This document shows, piece after piece, positions 60,770 to 64,000 of a stretch of 64,000 nucleotides of DNA (its first letter is position 1; the number at the start of each line of letters is the position of its first letter). The notes under the pieces are model-generated. The model saw only the letters and a program-made list of their open reading frames with translations, did no database searches and was not told the DNA's origin. Source of the DNA: Hemiscyllium ocellatum (taxonomy: Eukaryota); assembly GCF_020745735.1 (NCBI RefSeq), contig NC_083402.1, forward strand, positions 7,130,001 to 7,194,000. Direction: 5' to 3'. The position numbers and the translations under genes are program-made.

Positions 60770-63600
60770 AGTGTTTGTATGTTTTATTCTGGATAAGACC
60801 ATACAGGCTGTTAGAAATATTTATGAGATATGATTGGAGTGGGTGGGATATTGGACACTGAGATAGAGTTAAAGGAGACACAAGGATAGAGAGAGAGGTG
60901 AGGCAGCGCCAAAAATTTATAGATTGATAAATTCTTGATGTCACAAGGAATTAAGGGCTATGGGGAGAATGCTGGTAAGTGGAGTTGAAATGCTCATCAG
61001 CCATGATTGAATGTCAGAGTGGACTCGATAGGCCGAATGGTCTTACTTCCACTCCTATGTCTTATGGTCTTAAGTATAAGCTGGGAGTTGTTAGGGAGAG
61101 AAGGGGGTGCAGGGAGTGAGTAGAGAGTGAAAAAGATTATGTAGATTTTTTAATTCTTTAAAGTGTATGGATGTCACTCCAAGGCCAGCATTTGCTGCCC
61201 ACCCCTAAATACCCTTGAACTGAGAGGCTTGCTTGGCAATTTCAGAGGGCAGGTCAGAGTCAGACACATTGAATTCAAGCTGTCCTAAAAGGACACACTA
61301 AAGTTAGAAATGAGGATCTGAAGTCACTTGTGGGTCAGATTGGGTGAAGATGGTAGACTTGCTTCCCTGAAGAACGTTTGTGAACCAGTTTTTTATTTGA
61401 ACAATTGTTGATAATTCAGATGGAGACCATCGTGGAAATGAGGTTTCAATTCTAGACTTATTCATTAAATGCAAATTCCGTAAGTTGCTGTGGTGAGAAT
61501 TAAACTCCTCTCTCCAGAGCATAAGTATGAACCTCACATTCCTTTCAACATCCCAGCTACTGGGAGCCATTCGAGTCACTTTTCCTTGACCCATACCAAA
61601 GCAGCAGACAGACTGGCCATGAACCGCTCGAGACAGCAAGGACCGGGCCGAGCCAGTTACTCAGCCAGATGATTCAGGAAATCGGAAATGGTTCCTGTCC
61701 AAGAATCCATCCAGAATCATTGACTGAGGAGAAGATTTTCATCTCTATTACTCATACAATAATCTAAAGAGTCTGATAGGCTCCCTTCGTAAAGTGTTAC
61801 AACATGGGGATAGCAAGCCAAACCAAATCCATCTATCACTGGATTCACAACACTGTACAAAACAAACTTTCAGTGATCCTCAGAATTGCTGAATTGTTCC
61901 AAATGTATTACAAGTAATACATTTTGGACACCAAGTTTTTAATTGAAAAAATATTCACACTTTAATAATGAGAATGTAACTCATCAGATCACAGATCAAC
62001 TATAAGGCAATCTAATTAATGTGCTTCATGACCCAAACATCTTTGATCATAATCATTCAATAAGCCACCACATACATAGACACAACACACACAAACTTAA
62101 GGGAAAAATTGAAACCTAAAATAAAGAATTGTAATTTTCCAACTCAATGACCATTTTAACTAGAAATGATTTGACTTGATTTGATTTATCGTCATATGTA
62201 CCTGAGAACAGTGAAAAGCTTTGTTTATGAGCAATAGAGGCAGATCATTATAAGCAATGACAGACAAATCATAAGATGCTTAAACAAAGTGAGGCATACA
62301 GGTGACACTGCATAGGAGGTGCACAAAGCAACGTAAACATTCACAAGATCAACATTATTTGAAGTTAGAGAGTCCATTCATCAGTCTAATTATGGCAGGG
62401 AGGAAACTGTTCATCAACCTATTGGAGCATGTGTTCAAGCTTCTGTATCTTCTGTCTGTTGGAAGAGGTTGTAAGAGTGCATTACCGGGGGGGAGGGATC
62501 TTCGAAGATGTTGGCAGCCTTTCTGTGACAACAAGAAGTGGAAATGGAGTCCATGGATGGAAGGTTGGCTTAGGTGATGATCTGGGCTGTGCACACAACC
62601 TTCTGTAGTTTCTTATGGTTCTGGGAAGAGCAGTTGCCGTACCAGGCCATTATGCACCCAATATGTTTTTATGGTGCATCTGTAAAAGACGGTGAGGGTC
62701 CTTGTGGGCATGCTGAATTTCCTAAGCCGCCTTCATGAAATCCTTGGATGATGATTTGTATTACAGGCACAAAGGACTGTACATCTTGCTTGAATTCCAA
62801 AGTCATTGGTCAAAGCAAATAGCTGGAGATTTGTATTGATGTCTCACAAACTGGGATTCATTCCTCAGATCTTTCAACAAGTTGATAACTGGGGAATATC
62901 TGGAGACAGAGAAAAAAATGCCTTAGTTTGGAAGCTTCCAAAACCAAGTTGCCCTTCCTCCAAATATACAAACTGCCACCCACTCCCCTCACGCCAGTTC
63001 ATTCTCTTTTTTTACTTTTATTTTCAACATTCTCTGTGGCTGCATGACCAACATTGGTCCTCCCTTGTGTAACCAACTCAATATCCAACCAGCAGCCAGG
63101 TACTAAGCATAGCAATATCTCAGTTCATCTACAATGTGCTTACAGCAATAATTTACCGGCTATTAAATGCTTCAAGGAAGCTGACAACTCTCCTCCCAGC
63201 CAATGCAGACTGTCCTCCTCAGTGTTGATGGTACATATCAAGGATCAAAGGAGAAGGAAAGACTCTCAGATAGCTTCCCTTCAAGAAATATAACAAAGAT
63301 GTCAATGCATGGGAAACGCTCATTCAAAAGAAACTGACTTGGATGAAACTCCTCTATGAAGGGAAACAATTCATTGAGAACAGCCATCAACAAGGGAAGT
63401 ATGGAAAAGGAATTGGAGAAAGGAATGTCAATGGCATCAAGGCCAAGACCTCCTGGAAACACCTGTCAAATATGCAATTGGAGAAGTGGCTCTCGGATCA
63501 GGCTTATCAGCTACACAGCGACTCACAGAACCCATGATCAGTGACACAGGATTTCCTCAGCAGATGATCGTACACATTAGCTAGTCGTTGCTGATAGAGT
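60770..63600. repeat. Old paralogous segment, right copy (interrupted by an L2 at 62165-62740)
   Basis: Same order of unique, LTR-like and RTE-like pieces as 2770-6720. Confidence 0.8.
62165..62740 (-). mobile_element. L2-clade LINE 3' fragment
   Basis: RRYRSLNTCSNRLMNSFLPAIIRLMN; (atcaa)n-type tail. Confidence 0.85.
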
Positions 63601-64000
63601 CATAGAGATGTACAGCACGGAAAGAGACCCTTCAGTCCAACTTGTCCATGCCAACCAGATATTCTAACCTAATCTAGTCCCACCTGTCAGTACCTGGTCC
63701 ATATCCCTCCAAACCCTTCCTATTCATATACCCATCCAGATGCCTTTTAAATGTTTCAATTGTATTAGCCTCCACCACTTCCTAATTCCATACACGTACC
63801 ACCCTCTGAGAGAAACAGTTGCCTCTTAGGTCTCTTTTATATCTTTCCCCTCTCACCCCAAATCTATGCCCTCTAGTTCTGGACTCCCCACCCCAGGGAA
63901 AAGATGTAGTCTATGTATCCTATCCATGCCCATCATGATTTTTTAAACCTCTATAAGGTCACCCCTCAGCCTCCGACGCTCCAGGAAAAACAGCCCTAGC
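63595..64000 (-). mobile_element. CR1 3' fragment running off the window
   Basis: Reverse-complement CR1 tail and C-terminal coding remnant. Confidence 0.8.

Noticed and set aside
1-64000. Autonomous retroelement or CRISPR-like array
   Set aside because: All LINE and Penelope copies are truncated or disrupted; no regularly spaced repeat-spacer array was seen.

Overview
Eukaryotic, repeat-rich DNA. The HE1/V-SINE, CR1, L2, RTE and Penelope content suggests a cartilaginous fish, probably a shark (inference). The main content is a minus-strand type I membrane receptor gene that I assembled by hand from splice signals: leader (46857-46917), five Ig V-set exons in the order A1-B1-A2-A3-B2 (37013-37396, 33116-33469, 27705-28088, 20713-21096, 15358-15711), a TM exon (11902-12009) and short cytoplasmic exons (8285-8324, possibly 7120-7150). 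Joined, these give an open 2100-nt CDS (699 aa). The A domains closely resemble the Siglec-15 V-set domain. Only the middle one (A2) keeps the sialic-acid-binding Arg; A1 and A3 carry CGT>TGT (Arg>Cys), the same type of change as in human SIGLEC12. I found no C2 exon and the TM has no Lys. The last two coding exons of an upstream neighbour, ending in an ITIM (..EETNVIYAAVVNTY*), lie at 54.4-55.2 kb. A collinear ~3-4 kb segment shared by both window ends suggests a tandem receptor array. The rest is nested retroelements, including two Penelope-derived hairpin families with 12-15 bp target-site duplications and minimal hammerhead ribozyme cores. No rRNA, true tRNA or CRISPR array was seen. Repeat boundaries are approximate.
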